This document shows positions 1 through 8,247 of a stretch of 56,577 bases of DNA, in pieces. The notes under the pieces were generated by a model, which ran no database searches, was not told the origin of the DNA, and saw nothing but the letters and a program-made list of their open reading frames with translations. The stretch is from positions 1 through 56,577 of IMG/VR virus record IMGVR_UViG_3300046786_000614; one strand, written 5' to 3'. The DNA comes from a virus. Lineage: Duplodnaviria > Caudoviricetes. Within the stretch, counting starts at the first letter, position 1. The number at the start of each line of letters is the position of its first letter. Both the position numbers and the translations under genes were made by a program.

Positions 1-61
1 ATACGCGGTGGCCATTTGGATCTCCAGGTTCATCGCTCAGGGATTGAGCGCCACGGAACAG

Positions 62-127
62 AGATTAATACAGTCTTTTGGAAAGTGCAAGAAATAATTT
101 GCAGTCACCTTCAAAAAGGTTTACAGT
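62..127. promoter_or_regulatory. Back-to-back sigma70-like promoters (divergent early control region)
   Basis: Rightward TTGCAG(99-104)-17 nt-TACAGT(122-127); leftward TTGCAC-17 nt-TAATCT; the -35 boxes form TGCAA-N8-TTGCA at 86-103; AT-rich; sits between divergent gene arms. Confidence 0.65.
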
Positions 128-152
128 CACTCCTACCAACAAGGAGAAACCT

Positions 153-362
153 ATGGACCGACCACCCAGAACGATCGAACAACGCAGGGAAGCGCTGAAG
201 CTCAAGCAGCAGCGCATGCAGACCATAGTCGACATGCGTGCTGCAGGAAAGACCTGGAAGCAGTGCGCAGACAAGTGCGGCCTGAACCACCTGCAACGAG
301 CTCAACAGCTGCATGCCGAAGCACTGGCAGAGGGGCTGACACCGACGCCGGAGACGGCATGA
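153..362 (+). CDS. Small HTH DNA-binding protein (Cro-like position)
   Basis: AAGGAG RBS; IVDMRAAGKTWKQCADKCGL HTH-like pattern; first gene after the rightward promoter. Confidence 0.6.
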   Translation: MDRPPRTIEQRREALKLKQQRMQTIVDMRAAGKTWKQCADKCGLNHLQRAQQLHAEALAEGLTPTPETA

Positions 363-1531
363 CCGTCCGCATCATGTGCGGCTCACTACAAGACCGCATT
401 CCAGAACTGATTGCCGAGGGCGTGCTGGTCGACGCCATCGTCACTGATCCACCCTACGAACTTGGCTTCATGGGCAAGAAATGGGACGCCAGCGGCGTTG
501 CCAACGATCCGGCGACCTGGGCGCTGGCGCTCGATGTACTCAAGCCCGGCGGCCACCTGATCGCTTTCGGCGGTACCCGCACCCATCACCGCGTCATGTG
601 CGCGATAGAGGATGCAGGCTTCGAGCTGCGCGACGTGTTGATGTGGGTCTACGGGTCCGGCTTCCCGAAGTCCAAGAACTACCCCGAGGAATTTCCAGGC
701 ATGGGCACTGCGCTCAAGCCGGCATGGGAGCCCATCATCCTCGCGCGTAAACCGCTGGCCGGCAATGTGGCTGAGAACATGCGTGCGCACGGTGTTGGCA
801 TGCTGGACATTGATGGATGCCGCATCGAAACTGACGACATTTTGCGGGCCGGTGCTGGTGGCACATGGGATGTGATTCACAAAGGCGAAGGCCGCAAGGG
901 TGAGCCGAGCGCAGATCGCCGATACACCAATGCCGGCGCCACCAACTTTGCGGCCACACCCGGCCCGCGCGGCGGCGATCCGAAAGGCCGCTGGCCGGCG
1001 AACGTGGCGCATGACGGCAGCCCTGAGGTAGTGGCGCTGTTCCCGAACGTGGAGAGCGGTCAGCCAGCAGGCGTGAAGGCTGGCGGCAAACTGAACGTCT
1101 ACGGCACCTTTGCCGGCGGCATTCCGGTCACTGGCTATGGCGATGCAGGCAGCGCGGCGCGTTTCTTCTACTGCGCCAAGGCAGGCCGCACCGACCGCAA
1201 TGAGGGCTGCGAGCACCTACAGGCCAAGCCCCTGAACTGGTCGAGCGGCACGGAATCGCCCGGCACGTTTCAAGCCGAAGGCACGGACCGCACCAGCGCG
1301 AACCATCACCCGACTGTCAAGCCGACCGACCTGATGCGCTGGCTGGTGCGCATGGTGACGCCGAAGGGGGGTTTGGTGCTCGATTGCTTTGGCGGATCCG
1401 GATCGACCGGCAAGGCCGCAGTACTCGAAGGCCGCGATTGCATCCTGATCGAGCGTGAAGCCGAGTACATCCCGATCATCAAAGCTCGTATCGCACAAGC
1501 ACAAGGGCCACTATTCCAGGAAAAAGCATGA
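359..1531 (+). CDS. DNA N6-adenine/N4-cytosine methyltransferase (beta class), allele A
   Basis: Motif IV TDPPY near the N-terminus, HPTVKP, motif I DCFGGSGSTG near the C-terminus; ATGA overlap with the upstream gene. Confidence 0.92.
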   Translation: MTVRIMCGSLQDRIPELIAEGVLVDAIVTDPPYELGFMGKKWDASGVANDPATWALALDVLKPGGHLIAFGGTRTHHRVMCAIEDAGFELRDVLMWVYGSGFPKSKNYPEEFPGMGTALKPAWEPIILARKPLAGNVAENMRAHGVGMLDIDGCRIETDDILRAGAGGTWDVIHKGEGRKGEPSADRRYTNAGATNFAATPGPRGGDPKGRWPANVAHDGSPEVVALFPNVESGQPAGVKAGGKLNVYGTFAGGIPVTGYGDAGSAARFFYCAKAGRTDRNEGCEHLQAKPLNWSSGTESPGTFQAEGTDRTSANHHPTVKPTDLMRWLVRMVTPKGGLVLDCFGGSGSTGKAAVLEGRDCILIEREAEYIPIIKARIAQAQGPLFQEKA

Positions 1532-1809
1532 AAGGCCAGAAAAACCGCAAGACCCCACACGGCACCCTGACCAAGGGGCAAAGGGCAGTGCTGCAGTACA
1601 TAGCCGACTGCATCAAGGATGGTCTGGCGCCCATCCGGGCCGAGATCACCGAGCACTTCGAGTGGACCAGCCCAAACGCAGCGCAGGTGTACGTGAAGCT
1701 GCTGGCCCGTAATGGTTTCCTTGTACTGCCGGAAGGCAAGCGGGTGGCCAGGTGCATGGTGCTCACGCCGCTAGCCTTGGAAACGCTGGGGGTTGACAAT
1801 GCGCGCTAG
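1528..1809 (+). CDS. LexA N-terminal winged-HTH-like protein without peptidase domain, allele A
   Basis: LTKGQRAVLQYI...P.RAEITEHFEWTSPNAAQVYVKLLARNG parallels LexA LT.RQ...PTRAEIA...SPNAA..HLKALARKG. Confidence 0.8.
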   Translation: MKGQKNRKTPHGTLTKGQRAVLQYIADCIKDGLAPIRAEITEHFEWTSPNAAQVYVKLLARNGFLVLPEGKRVARCMVLTPLALETLGVDNAR

Positions 1810-1821
1810 CCCACATACAGT
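1793..1821 (+). promoter_or_regulatory. sigma70-like promoter
   Basis: TTGACA(1793-1798)-17 nt-TACAGT(1816-1821); conserved in the second copy at 56261-56289. Confidence 0.8.
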
Positions 1822-1827
1822 TCGCGG

Positions 1828-1972
1828 CAGTTCCGGTTTGGCAGCCGGCAACACATCCCAACCAGGCCCGATCGATGGGCGGTTGCATAGAAGTAGGTGC
1901 CGAGGTGGTGGATGCCGCCTCGACTGCCTGGGTGCCAACCCCTATGCGACTGCCCTTCCATCGGGCTTTTTC
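1828..1972 (+). ncRNA. C4/CI-like antisense RNA / attenuator cassette, allele A
   Basis: 5' hairpin with loop TTGGCA (1838-1843); long stem 1866-1890/1942-1966 plus U-tract, enclosing two hairpins, one with the complementary loop TGCCAA (1933-1938). Confidence 0.6.
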
Positions 1973-2131
1973 ATTCGGGTTGCACCAGCCCGTCAGACCA
2001 GCGTTATGCGCGCGCAAACCCCGGCGGCCGGTCAGAACAGGGTAGCGGTAAGGGCCTGCAGTCAGGGCGCCCGGTGCAAATCCGAAAGACTCCGCGGGCT
2101 GGCCGAACGTCGAAGCCCAGGGGCTTGTGAG

Positions 2132-2140
2132 TTATCCACA
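2132..2140 (+). promoter_or_regulatory. Consensus DnaA box TTATCCACA
   Basis: Exact 9-mer inside the GCTTGTG...CACAAGC inverted repeat; also present in the second copy (56549-56557). Confidence 0.5.
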
Positions 2141-2235
2141 AGCATCGACGAACCCGCAAGGGGGCGATACCCGGGTCACCTGCCTGTTTGGGTAGGGGGG
2201 CCTTTGGGCGATGAAACCCGAAACGGGAGGGGCTG

Positions 2236-2616
2236 ATGGATCAGGACACGCGGGACATTCTGCTGAAGATGAACGTGGTGATGACCAAGGTGGCTCACGC
2301 GATCGGACAGCTTTTAGAGGAAATAAAAAAACAGCCCTTGAAGTCGGAAGTGGCAGTGCCTTTGCCTTTGAATTTCGATGCCGACGTGATCAAGAAACAG
2401 ACGGTGGCCATGATCAGCCTGGCCAAGTCGCTCGACCGCTACGTCGACAGCGCCAAGCCGCTCGAGCCGGATCCAGCCAGGCCGGCGCCAAAGCCCCTCC
2501 CGGACAAGTACGACAAGGCCAGCTACGACTTCGCCATGCGCTACGGGACCAAGGACGAGCAGGAGTATTTCCGGAACAAGTTCAACTGGGATGCCAAACC
2601 AGCAAAGGGAGACTGA
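2236..2616 (+). CDS. Hypothetical protein
   Basis: GGAGG RBS; phage-like codon usage. Confidence 0.7.
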   Translation: MDQDTRDILLKMNVVMTKVAHAIGQLLEEIKKQPLKSEVAVPLPLNFDADVIKKQTVAMISLAKSLDRYVDSAKPLEPDPARPAPKPLPDKYDKASYDFAMRYGTKDEQEYFRNKFNWDAKPAKGD

Positions 2617-2617
2617 C

Positions 2618-2824
2618 ATGGAAAAATGCGACTGCATCAACTACTGCGGCGACGACCCATGGCTGAAAGACCGCAAGGTCCAGCCATGCCCCATCCGCAT
2701 CAACGAGGACCACGAAGCCGCACTGCGCGACCAGCGCCTGATGGATGCCAAGGCCATGCTGCAGCAGCGCCTGCCGAAGAAGGACATGGCCAAGATCGCG
2801 CGCTTGTTCCCGGAGCTCGCGTGA
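2618..2824 (+). CDS. Hypothetical protein
   Basis: GGGAG RBS; tightly packed with neighbours. Confidence 0.6.
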   Translation: MEKCDCINYCGDDPWLKDRKVQPCPIRINEDHEAALRDQRLMDAKAMLQQRLPKKDMAKIARLFPELA

Positions 2825-3048
2825 TGTTCGACACCAGGGTACCCGAGAGCATGGCCAGCCTACCTGGCCGCAAGGTAACTCACTGGGAGGTAGAGCCGCC
2901 GCGCGCCAATGCGGCGCCAGTAGCCGAGCGCGAGTGCAAGGTATGCCACATTACCTACCCGCTGTTCTGCTTTGAGAAGAACCAGGGCAAGGGCTACGTG
3001 TGGTACAAGCGCACCTGCAAGCTGTGCCAGAGGAGAGGGAAGAAATGA
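2824..3048 (+). CDS. Small zinc-finger protein
   Basis: CKVC...CKLC; stop/start overlaps on both sides. Confidence 0.6.
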   Translation: MFDTRVPESMASLPGRKVTHWEVEPPRANAAPVAERECKVCHITYPLFCFEKNQGKGYVWYKRTCKLCQRRGKK

Positions 3049-3566
3049 GCGCGATGCTCCGCTTCAAATCCGTGGAGGACTTCGAAAACTTCAAGAAGGC
3101 GACCGGCGTGCGCGAGGCGCGGCCGATCTCCGGCAAGAGTGTCGCGGCGCCGGTACGCAGAGCCCCTGCAACTATTCTCCCTGCAGCCAAGTCATCCAGC
3201 GAACCCCCTCCTGCAAGCACGCAGGATGACCGGCTCGCACTGGCGGCCGCGACACCCAGAAACGAAAGCGAGATTGAGCGCCGCTTCGCCCAGCAGATCC
3301 GCGCCGCTGGCCTGCCAGAGCCCGAGCGCGAGTACTACCACATCACCGGGCGCGACTTCCGGCTGGACTTCGCGTGGCCCGACAAGAAGCTGGGGGTCGA
3401 GATCCAGGGAATGGCGCACCGCATCAAATCCAAATTCCATGCCGACATGGAGAAGCGCATCCTGGCGCAGTTGGCAGGGTGGACGGTGCTTGAGTTCAGC
3501 GGCGACATGGTGCGGCACGACACCGCCATGGGCTGGCTGATCCTGATGATGGGCCGAAAGGGATGA
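3045..3566 (+). CDS. PD-(D/E)xK endonuclease (Vsr/DUF559-like)
   Basis: SEIERRF...EREY...FRLDFAWPDKKLGVEIQG...GWTVLEF pattern. Confidence 0.75.
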   Translation: MSAMLRFKSVEDFENFKKATGVREARPISGKSVAAPVRRAPATILPAAKSSSEPPPASTQDDRLALAAATPRNESEIERRFAQQIRAAGLPEPEREYYHITGRDFRLDFAWPDKKLGVEIQGMAHRIKSKFHADMEKRILAQLAGWTVLEFSGDMVRHDTAMGWLILMMGRKG

Positions 3567-3877
3567 TCCATGGCAAACCAAGAACCAAAGAGGAGCAGCG
3601 GTGGATTGACGCCTGCCTACGGCTTGGGTGTACCGTTTGCCGCATGCAAGGGCGAGGGTACGTCCCATGCGAGTACCACCACATGCTATCTGGCAGCCGA
3701 CGAATCGGGCACCTTTTTGGTTTTGGTCTGTGCTCACCAGGACATCACAGAAATTGCCCAAAGGGCTATGGCCAAGTTGGACGCCATCCTGACAAGGCAG
3801 AATTCGAACGCCGCTACGGCACCGAGGAATTCCTCCTCGAGCTGACCCAGCGGGTAGTGGAGAGCGTGAAACCATGA
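3563..3877 (+). CDS. Ref/DUF968-like HNH-related nuclease
   Basis: LGCTVC...EYHH...LC..GHH...FERRYGTEEFLL pattern. Confidence 0.7.
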   Translation: MIHGKPRTKEEQRWIDACLRLGCTVCRMQGRGYVPCEYHHMLSGSRRIGHLFGFGLCSPGHHRNCPKGYGQVGRHPDKAEFERRYGTEEFLLELTQRVVESVKP

Positions 3878-3889
3878 AGGGAAACAGAG

Positions 3890-4345
3890 ATGCCTAGATG
3901 GTCACCGTTTGAGCCTTATTTCTGGTCTTTGGTGGAGAAAGGCGACGGGTGCTGGACATGGAAAAGCGGCACCGATGGCAATGGTTATGCGCGCGTTTGG
4001 TACAAAGGCAAGCGCCAACCTGCCAGCCGAGTGGCCTGCGAGCTTTCAGGAAAGCCGCGACCAGGTGCACTGCACGCATGCCATACCTGCGACAACAAAC
4101 TGTGCGTCAACCCCGCCCACATTTTCTGGGGAACCGCCAAAGACAACATGCAGGACTGGACCAAAAAAGGCAAAAACAGGTTGGCCAACGACCGCACCCT
4201 GTGGGGCATGGGCAAGCACTGGGCCACCAATCCGGCCGCGAAGCGCGCCATGAGCGCTCAAATGAGAATGGAATTGTCGACCGGCCAACGCATTGTCCTG
4301 CGCGGCGAAAAAGGAAGAATTCTAGGAACGAGGAGAGCGCCATGA
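3890..4345 (+). CDS. HNH homing endonuclease
   Basis: FWSLVEKGDGCWTW...GY...ACHTCDNKLCVNPAHIFWGTAKDNMQD. Confidence 0.88.
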   Translation: MPRWSPFEPYFWSLVEKGDGCWTWKSGTDGNGYARVWYKGKRQPASRVACELSGKPRPGALHACHTCDNKLCVNPAHIFWGTAKDNMQDWTKKGKNRLANDRTLWGMGKHWATNPAAKRAMSAQMRMELSTGQRIVLRGEKGRILGTRRAP

Positions 4346-5277
4346 AAGTGTTATTGACCGGAGGAACGGGATATCTTTCTCAAGCCCTCACACGCCACCT
4401 GCTGCAGCTACCCGAGACCACCGGCATTCGTATCTACAGCCGTGGCGAGGCAGCCCAAGCCAGGATGGCCAGCGAGATTCACGATGATCGCATGCGCTAC
4501 CTGGTAGGCGATGTGAGGGACCGAGACCGCCTCGAGCGCGCCATGGAAGGGTGCGATGCGGTAATCCACACTGCCGCCCTGAAGCGGGTAGAGGTAGGCG
4601 AGCGCGACCCCAGCGAGATGATTAAGACCAACGTGCTGGGCACCATGAACGCGATCGAGGCAGCTCGAGCAGCCGGCGTAACCCGCATGGTGGTCCTGAG
4701 CAGCGACAAGGCATGCGCCCCGCTCAACGCCTACGGCGCCAGCAAGCTGATGGCTGAGAAGCTGGCGCTGGCTGCAGGCCAGGAGAGCGCCAAGGGCCCG
4801 ACGATCGCGGTGACCCGGTACGGCAACGTGGCTGGATCCACCGGCAGCGTCATCCCCATCTGGCGCGAAGCCATCGCCCACGGCCGCAAGCTGCGCCTGA
4901 CCAGCCCGAGCGCCTCCCGCTTCTGGATGACCGTAGAAGAGGCCTGCGACCTGGTCATTGCTGCGCTGCATTACCGCTACGCCGGGTGTCTGCTGGTACC
5001 CAGCCTGCCGGCCTACCACCTGCGCGACCTGATCGAAGCCATGTGCCCGCGCGCGCTGGACTACGAGATCACCGGATTGGGCCTGGGTGAGAAGGAGCAT
5101 GAGGAAATGATCAGCGAGCACGAGGCTCGAGGGTTTACCCGAATTGCGGGCATGTGGGTGAAAGGGGCAAAATCCCCAGACGGTTTTACCGAGGAGCGCC
5201 AGGGGGCCATGAGCAGTGCGCACGCCAGGCGGATGACGGTGCAGGAACTGATTGAGGCTCTGAGGAGGGTCAAGTGA
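4342..5277 (+). CDS. pseB: UDP-GlcNAc 4,6-dehydratase, PseB/CapD-like
   Basis: LLTGGTG, IYSRGE, GDVRD, IHTAALK, KTNVLG, LSSDKA, YGASK, RYGNVAGSTGSVIP, RFWMT. Confidence 0.88.
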   Translation: MKVLLTGGTGYLSQALTRHLLQLPETTGIRIYSRGEAAQARMASEIHDDRMRYLVGDVRDRDRLERAMEGCDAVIHTAALKRVEVGERDPSEMIKTNVLGTMNAIEAARAAGVTRMVVLSSDKACAPLNAYGASKLMAEKLALAAGQESAKGPTIAVTRYGNVAGSTGSVIPIWREAIAHGRKLRLTSPSASRFWMTVEEACDLVIAALHYRYAGCLLVPSLPAYHLRDLIEAMCPRALDYEITGLGLGEKEHEEMISEHEARGFTRIAGMWVKGAKSPDGFTEERQGAMSSAHARRMTVQELIEALRRVK

Positions 5278-5885
5278 CAAACGGATTCCAGGTGGTGCGC
5301 GACTTTGAGCAGGCGCTGTGCGACTACACCGGCGCCCGGTTTGCGGTGACCACCAACAGCTGCACCATGGCGATCTTGCTGGCGGTGGCCTACCATGTGC
5401 AAAAAAACCCGACCGAGCTCCACGTAGTGAACTGCCCCAAGCGCACGTACGTGGGCGTGCCCATGGCCATCCACCATGCCGGCGCGGAGATCGCCTTCAC
5501 CGACAAGCCATGGGTGGGCGAATACCGGCTGGACCCGCTGCCCGTCTGGGACAGCGCCAGGCTACTCACCAGCGGCATGTACCGCACCGGCACCATGCAG
5601 TGCCTGTCCTTCCACTGGACCAAAACGCTTGGCATTCAGCAGGGTGGTGCCATCCTCCATGACAGCCCGACCGCGGACAAGTGGCTGCGCAAGGCGCGGT
5701 TTGACGGCAGGACCGAAGGGGTACCGGCCGACCAGGATGACATCGACATGATCGGCTGGCACGCCTACATGAGCCCGGAGGTGGCTGCCGCCGGCCTGGT
5801 GCGCATGATGCACCTGCCCAAGGACAACGAACCCCTGCCGAACAGCGCCTACCCTGACTGCAGCCAACTGAGGGCCTTCAAATGA
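5274..5885 (+). CDS. Shortened DegT/PseC-like PLP sugar aminotransferase
   Basis: FEQALCDYTGARFAVTTNSCTMA, WDSA, CLSFHWTK (PLP lysine), GGAI; only 203 aa; GTG start overlaps the pseB stop. Confidence 0.8.
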   Translation: MTNGFQVVRDFEQALCDYTGARFAVTTNSCTMAILLAVAYHVQKNPTELHVVNCPKRTYVGVPMAIHHAGAEIAFTDKPWVGEYRLDPLPVWDSARLLTSGMYRTGTMQCLSFHWTKTLGIQQGGAILHDSPTADKWLRKARFDGRTEGVPADQDDIDMIGWHAYMSPEVAAAGLVRMMHLPKDNEPLPNSAYPDCSQLRAFK

Positions 5886-6226
5886 GCGGACAACAAGACG
5901 CACTGCTGGCCATCGGCCGGGATCCAGCCAAGCCGCAATGGGTAAAGATGACGATCCGGCGCGATGACGGCCAGGAAATGTGGGTGAGTCTGGACCCCGA
6001 CAATGCGGTCGACGTGGCCGAGGCGATTGCCAAGGAGGCCTACCACGCCAAGTACGGCAAGCCCAGCCCGCTGGTGCACACCCTTAAGGATGAGATCCTG
6101 GCCAAGAAGCGGGAGAAGCTGATCAACCGCTGCAAGCTGGTGGCCCCCCAGCTACTCGAGCGCGGCCGCAGCAACGAGTACATCGTGACCGAGCTTATCG
6201 ACATTGTGCTGGCCGAGGTGACCTGA
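5882..6226 (+). CDS. Hypothetical protein
   Basis: ATGA overlap; phage codon usage. Confidence 0.65.
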   Translation: MSGQQDALLAIGRDPAKPQWVKMTIRRDDGQEMWVSLDPDNAVDVAEAIAKEAYHAKYGKPSPLVHTLKDEILAKKREKLINRCKLVAPQLLERGRSNEYIVTELIDIVLAEVT

Positions 6227-6435
6227 TGGCCTGCGACATCTGCGGGAAAGCGACCACCGACCTGGAGGCGCTGCTTGAGCGGTACCAGGCGCCCGACATC
6301 AAGATGATCTGTCCGGACTGCCTGAAGACCGTCAACAAGCAGCATAGCGACCTGCTGACGGTGGTGCTCAAAATGCGCGACGGGTGGCTGAACGAGTGGA
6401 TTCGCAACATGAAGCTAAGGCTGACCGGAAAATGA
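6226..6435 (+). CDS. Small zinc-binding hypothetical protein
   Basis: CDIC...CPDC; overlapping starts and stops. Confidence 0.6.
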   Translation: MACDICGKATTDLEALLERYQAPDIKMICPDCLKTVNKQHSDLLTVVLKMRDGWLNEWIRNMKLRLTGK

Positions 6436-7016
6436 GCAAGCGCTACTGCATCATTCCCGCGCGCGGCGGCAGCCGGCGGATACCCGGCAAGAACAAGCGG
6501 CTGTTCGAAGGCAAGCCCATCATCTGCCGGGCGATCGACACCGCCAAGGAATCCGGCCTGTTCAAGGAAATCATTGTATCCACCGACGATGACGGGATCC
6601 GCAATCTGGCGGCGCACCGCGGCTGCCGCATCCACCTGCGCGGCGAGTATGAGGCGCAAGACCAGGTAGGCACCCAGGAGGTGGCCCGCAAGGTGCTGCT
6701 GGACTTCAAGGTGCCGGCCCGTAACATGGTGTGCTGCCTGTACCCCACCACCCCACTGCTGTACCCGGATGACCTGAGAGCGGGCGTCAAGCTGCTCGAG
6801 CGCGCCGGCCCGGTGTGGGCCATGAGCGTGGGCGCCGAGCCGCTACGGGATGCCGGCTGCTTCTACTGGGGCAGGGCTGAAGAGTGGTACAAGCAGACCC
6901 CGCTGATCGGCCCCAACACCAGGATGGTGGTCCTGCCGGAGAGCAGGGTATGCGACATCAACACCGAGGAGGACTGGCAGGAAGCCCTCCGCAAATACAA
7001 GGAACTGACCACGTGA
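6432..7016 (+). CDS. pseF: CMP-nonulosonic acid synthetase (cytidylyltransferase), PseF/NeuA-like
   Basis: IIPARGGSRRIPGKN, GKPII, IIVSTDD, CCLYPTTPLL, DAGCFYWG, DINTEEDW. Confidence 0.9.
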   Translation: MSKRYCIIPARGGSRRIPGKNKRLFEGKPIICRAIDTAKESGLFKEIIVSTDDDGIRNLAAHRGCRIHLRGEYEAQDQVGTQEVARKVLLDFKVPARNMVCCLYPTTPLLYPDDLRAGVKLLERAGPVWAMSVGAEPLRDAGCFYWGRAEEWYKQTPLIGPNTRMVVLPESRVCDINTEEDWQEALRKYKELTT

Positions 7017-7621
7017 ACACCATCGAATTCTGGGCCGGCAAAGACGGTGACGAGTACCACCAGCGCCAGACGGTGACCGACAAGGCCAACGTCAACTACT
7101 TCGCCCGGGCCCTGAACAACTACGACCCGGCCAGCGCGATCGAGCTCGGCTGTGGTGACGGCAGGAACATGAAGGCCCTGCTGCAGCTGCACCCCCTGAT
7201 GCGCATCACCGGCGTCGACGTCAATGACAGCGCGCTGCAAAAGGCGGCTGAGTACGGCAGGCCGCTGAAGCTGAGCGCCGACAGCCCCACCATGGGTCTG
7301 CACCTGGGCAACGCCGACCTGACCTACACCAAAGGCCTGCTGATCCACATTCCCCCGGAACAGCTGCCGCAGGTCTACGACAACCTGTACCACCTGAGCA
7401 ACCACCTGATCATGATCGGCGAGTACTACGCGCCCCAGCGCACGGAGATCCTGTACCGCGGCCAGACCGGCAAGCTTTGGAAAGCCGACTTCGCCGGCGA
7501 GATGATGGACAGGTACCCGGACCTGAAGCTGATCGACTACGGCTTCCACTACCACCGGGATTTCTACCCGCAGGACGATATCAGCTGGTTCCTGATGAGC
7601 AAGGCAACGGGCAAGATCTAA
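7013..7621 (+). CDS. Pseudaminic acid biosynthesis-associated SAM methyltransferase
   Basis: EFWAG..GDEY, ELGCGDG (SAM site), KGLLIHI, EYYAP, YRGQTGKLWKADFAGEMMDRYPDLKLIDYGF, DDISWFL. Confidence 0.85.
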   Translation: MNTIEFWAGKDGDEYHQRQTVTDKANVNYFARALNNYDPASAIELGCGDGRNMKALLQLHPLMRITGVDVNDSALQKAAEYGRPLKLSADSPTMGLHLGNADLTYTKGLLIHIPPEQLPQVYDNLYHLSNHLIMIGEYYAPQRTEILYRGQTGKLWKADFAGEMMDRYPDLKLIDYGFHYHRDFYPQDDISWFLMSKATGKI

Positions 7622-7719
7622 ACCCCTGGGATTCCATACAGGTTAGGGTTTTCACTGGTTGCTATGCAAGAAATTATTTGCAATGATTCGGGGCCGTAGT
7701 AACCAACCCGGGAAACACC

Positions 7720-7989
7720 ATGACCCTTGCTCAATTGCTTCAATCGCTTGCTAGCACGAACAACGGCTATCTGTTTGCTCCGACTGCCGCCGAGCTTGCT
7801 TGTGCGCGCGCCAATCCTGCAGCCGTGCGCCTTGTCGGCACAATGATCTATCCGCTTGATTGGCACGCCAAGCACGGCGCCGCTTGGAACGCTATGCGCC
7901 CGGCCCCTGCTCCGCGCTCGCTGCGCGATGACTTTGACTATGAGGGTGCAATTTTGACCCGACAGGAAAACGCGGGTTTTTACGATTAA
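7720..7989 (+). CDS. Hypothetical protein
   Basis: First ORF after an AT-rich intergenic gap. Confidence 0.55.
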   Translation: MTLAQLLQSLASTNNGYLFAPTAAELACARANPAAVRLVGTMIYPLDWHAKHGAAWNAMRPAPAPRSLRDDFDYEGAILTRQENAGFYD

Positions 7990-7998
7990 AGGCGCTGC

Positions 7999-8247
7999 AT
8001 GACCAACCCCACCACCTACTGGCTACGCTGCACCAAGTGCAACCAGGAGCTACTGCACGGCCTGCAGGAGCCCGAGCGCCCAGCCTACAGCTGCACAGCC
8101 AGGGACATGAGGATGGGATGCAAGCGCCGCGGGTGCGATCCGCAACTGGTAACCAAGACTGATGAGTTGCCGCTGGAAGACCAGATCCGGCTGGGCCTGG
8201 TAGACGAGGAGGAAGCATGGAAAAAGCTAAGGCAGAAAGCAGCATGA
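7999..8247 (+). CDS. Hypothetical Cys-rich protein
   Basis: CTKC...C...C...C; packed ORF. Confidence 0.55.
   Translation: MTNPTTYWLRCTKCNQELLHGLQEPERPAYSCTARDMRMGCKRRGCDPQLVTKTDELPLEDQIRLGLVDEEEAWKKLRQKAA

Larger units (their letters stand above)
1..362. repeat. Imperfect direct repeat, copy 1 (matches 53052-53412)
   Basis: atacgcggtggccatttgg... recurs at 53052; few substitutions and one 1-nt indel upstream of the ATG (ATG 153 vs 53203). Confidence 0.95.

Noticed and set aside
1-362. Exact direct terminal repeat from packaging or circular assembly overlap
   Set aside because: The copies differ by substitutions and an indel and are followed by different genes
2060-2100. Cobalamin riboswitch or tRNA suggested by CCGGTGCAAATCCG
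   Set aside because: Only a T-loop-like motif is present; no B12-box (GCCACTG/GGGAAG) elements or tRNA cloverleaf seen
1793-2236. 147-aa ORF across the structured region
   Set aside because: It starts at the TTG of the -35 box, lacks an RBS, and its 5' half is replaced by unrelated sequence in allele B
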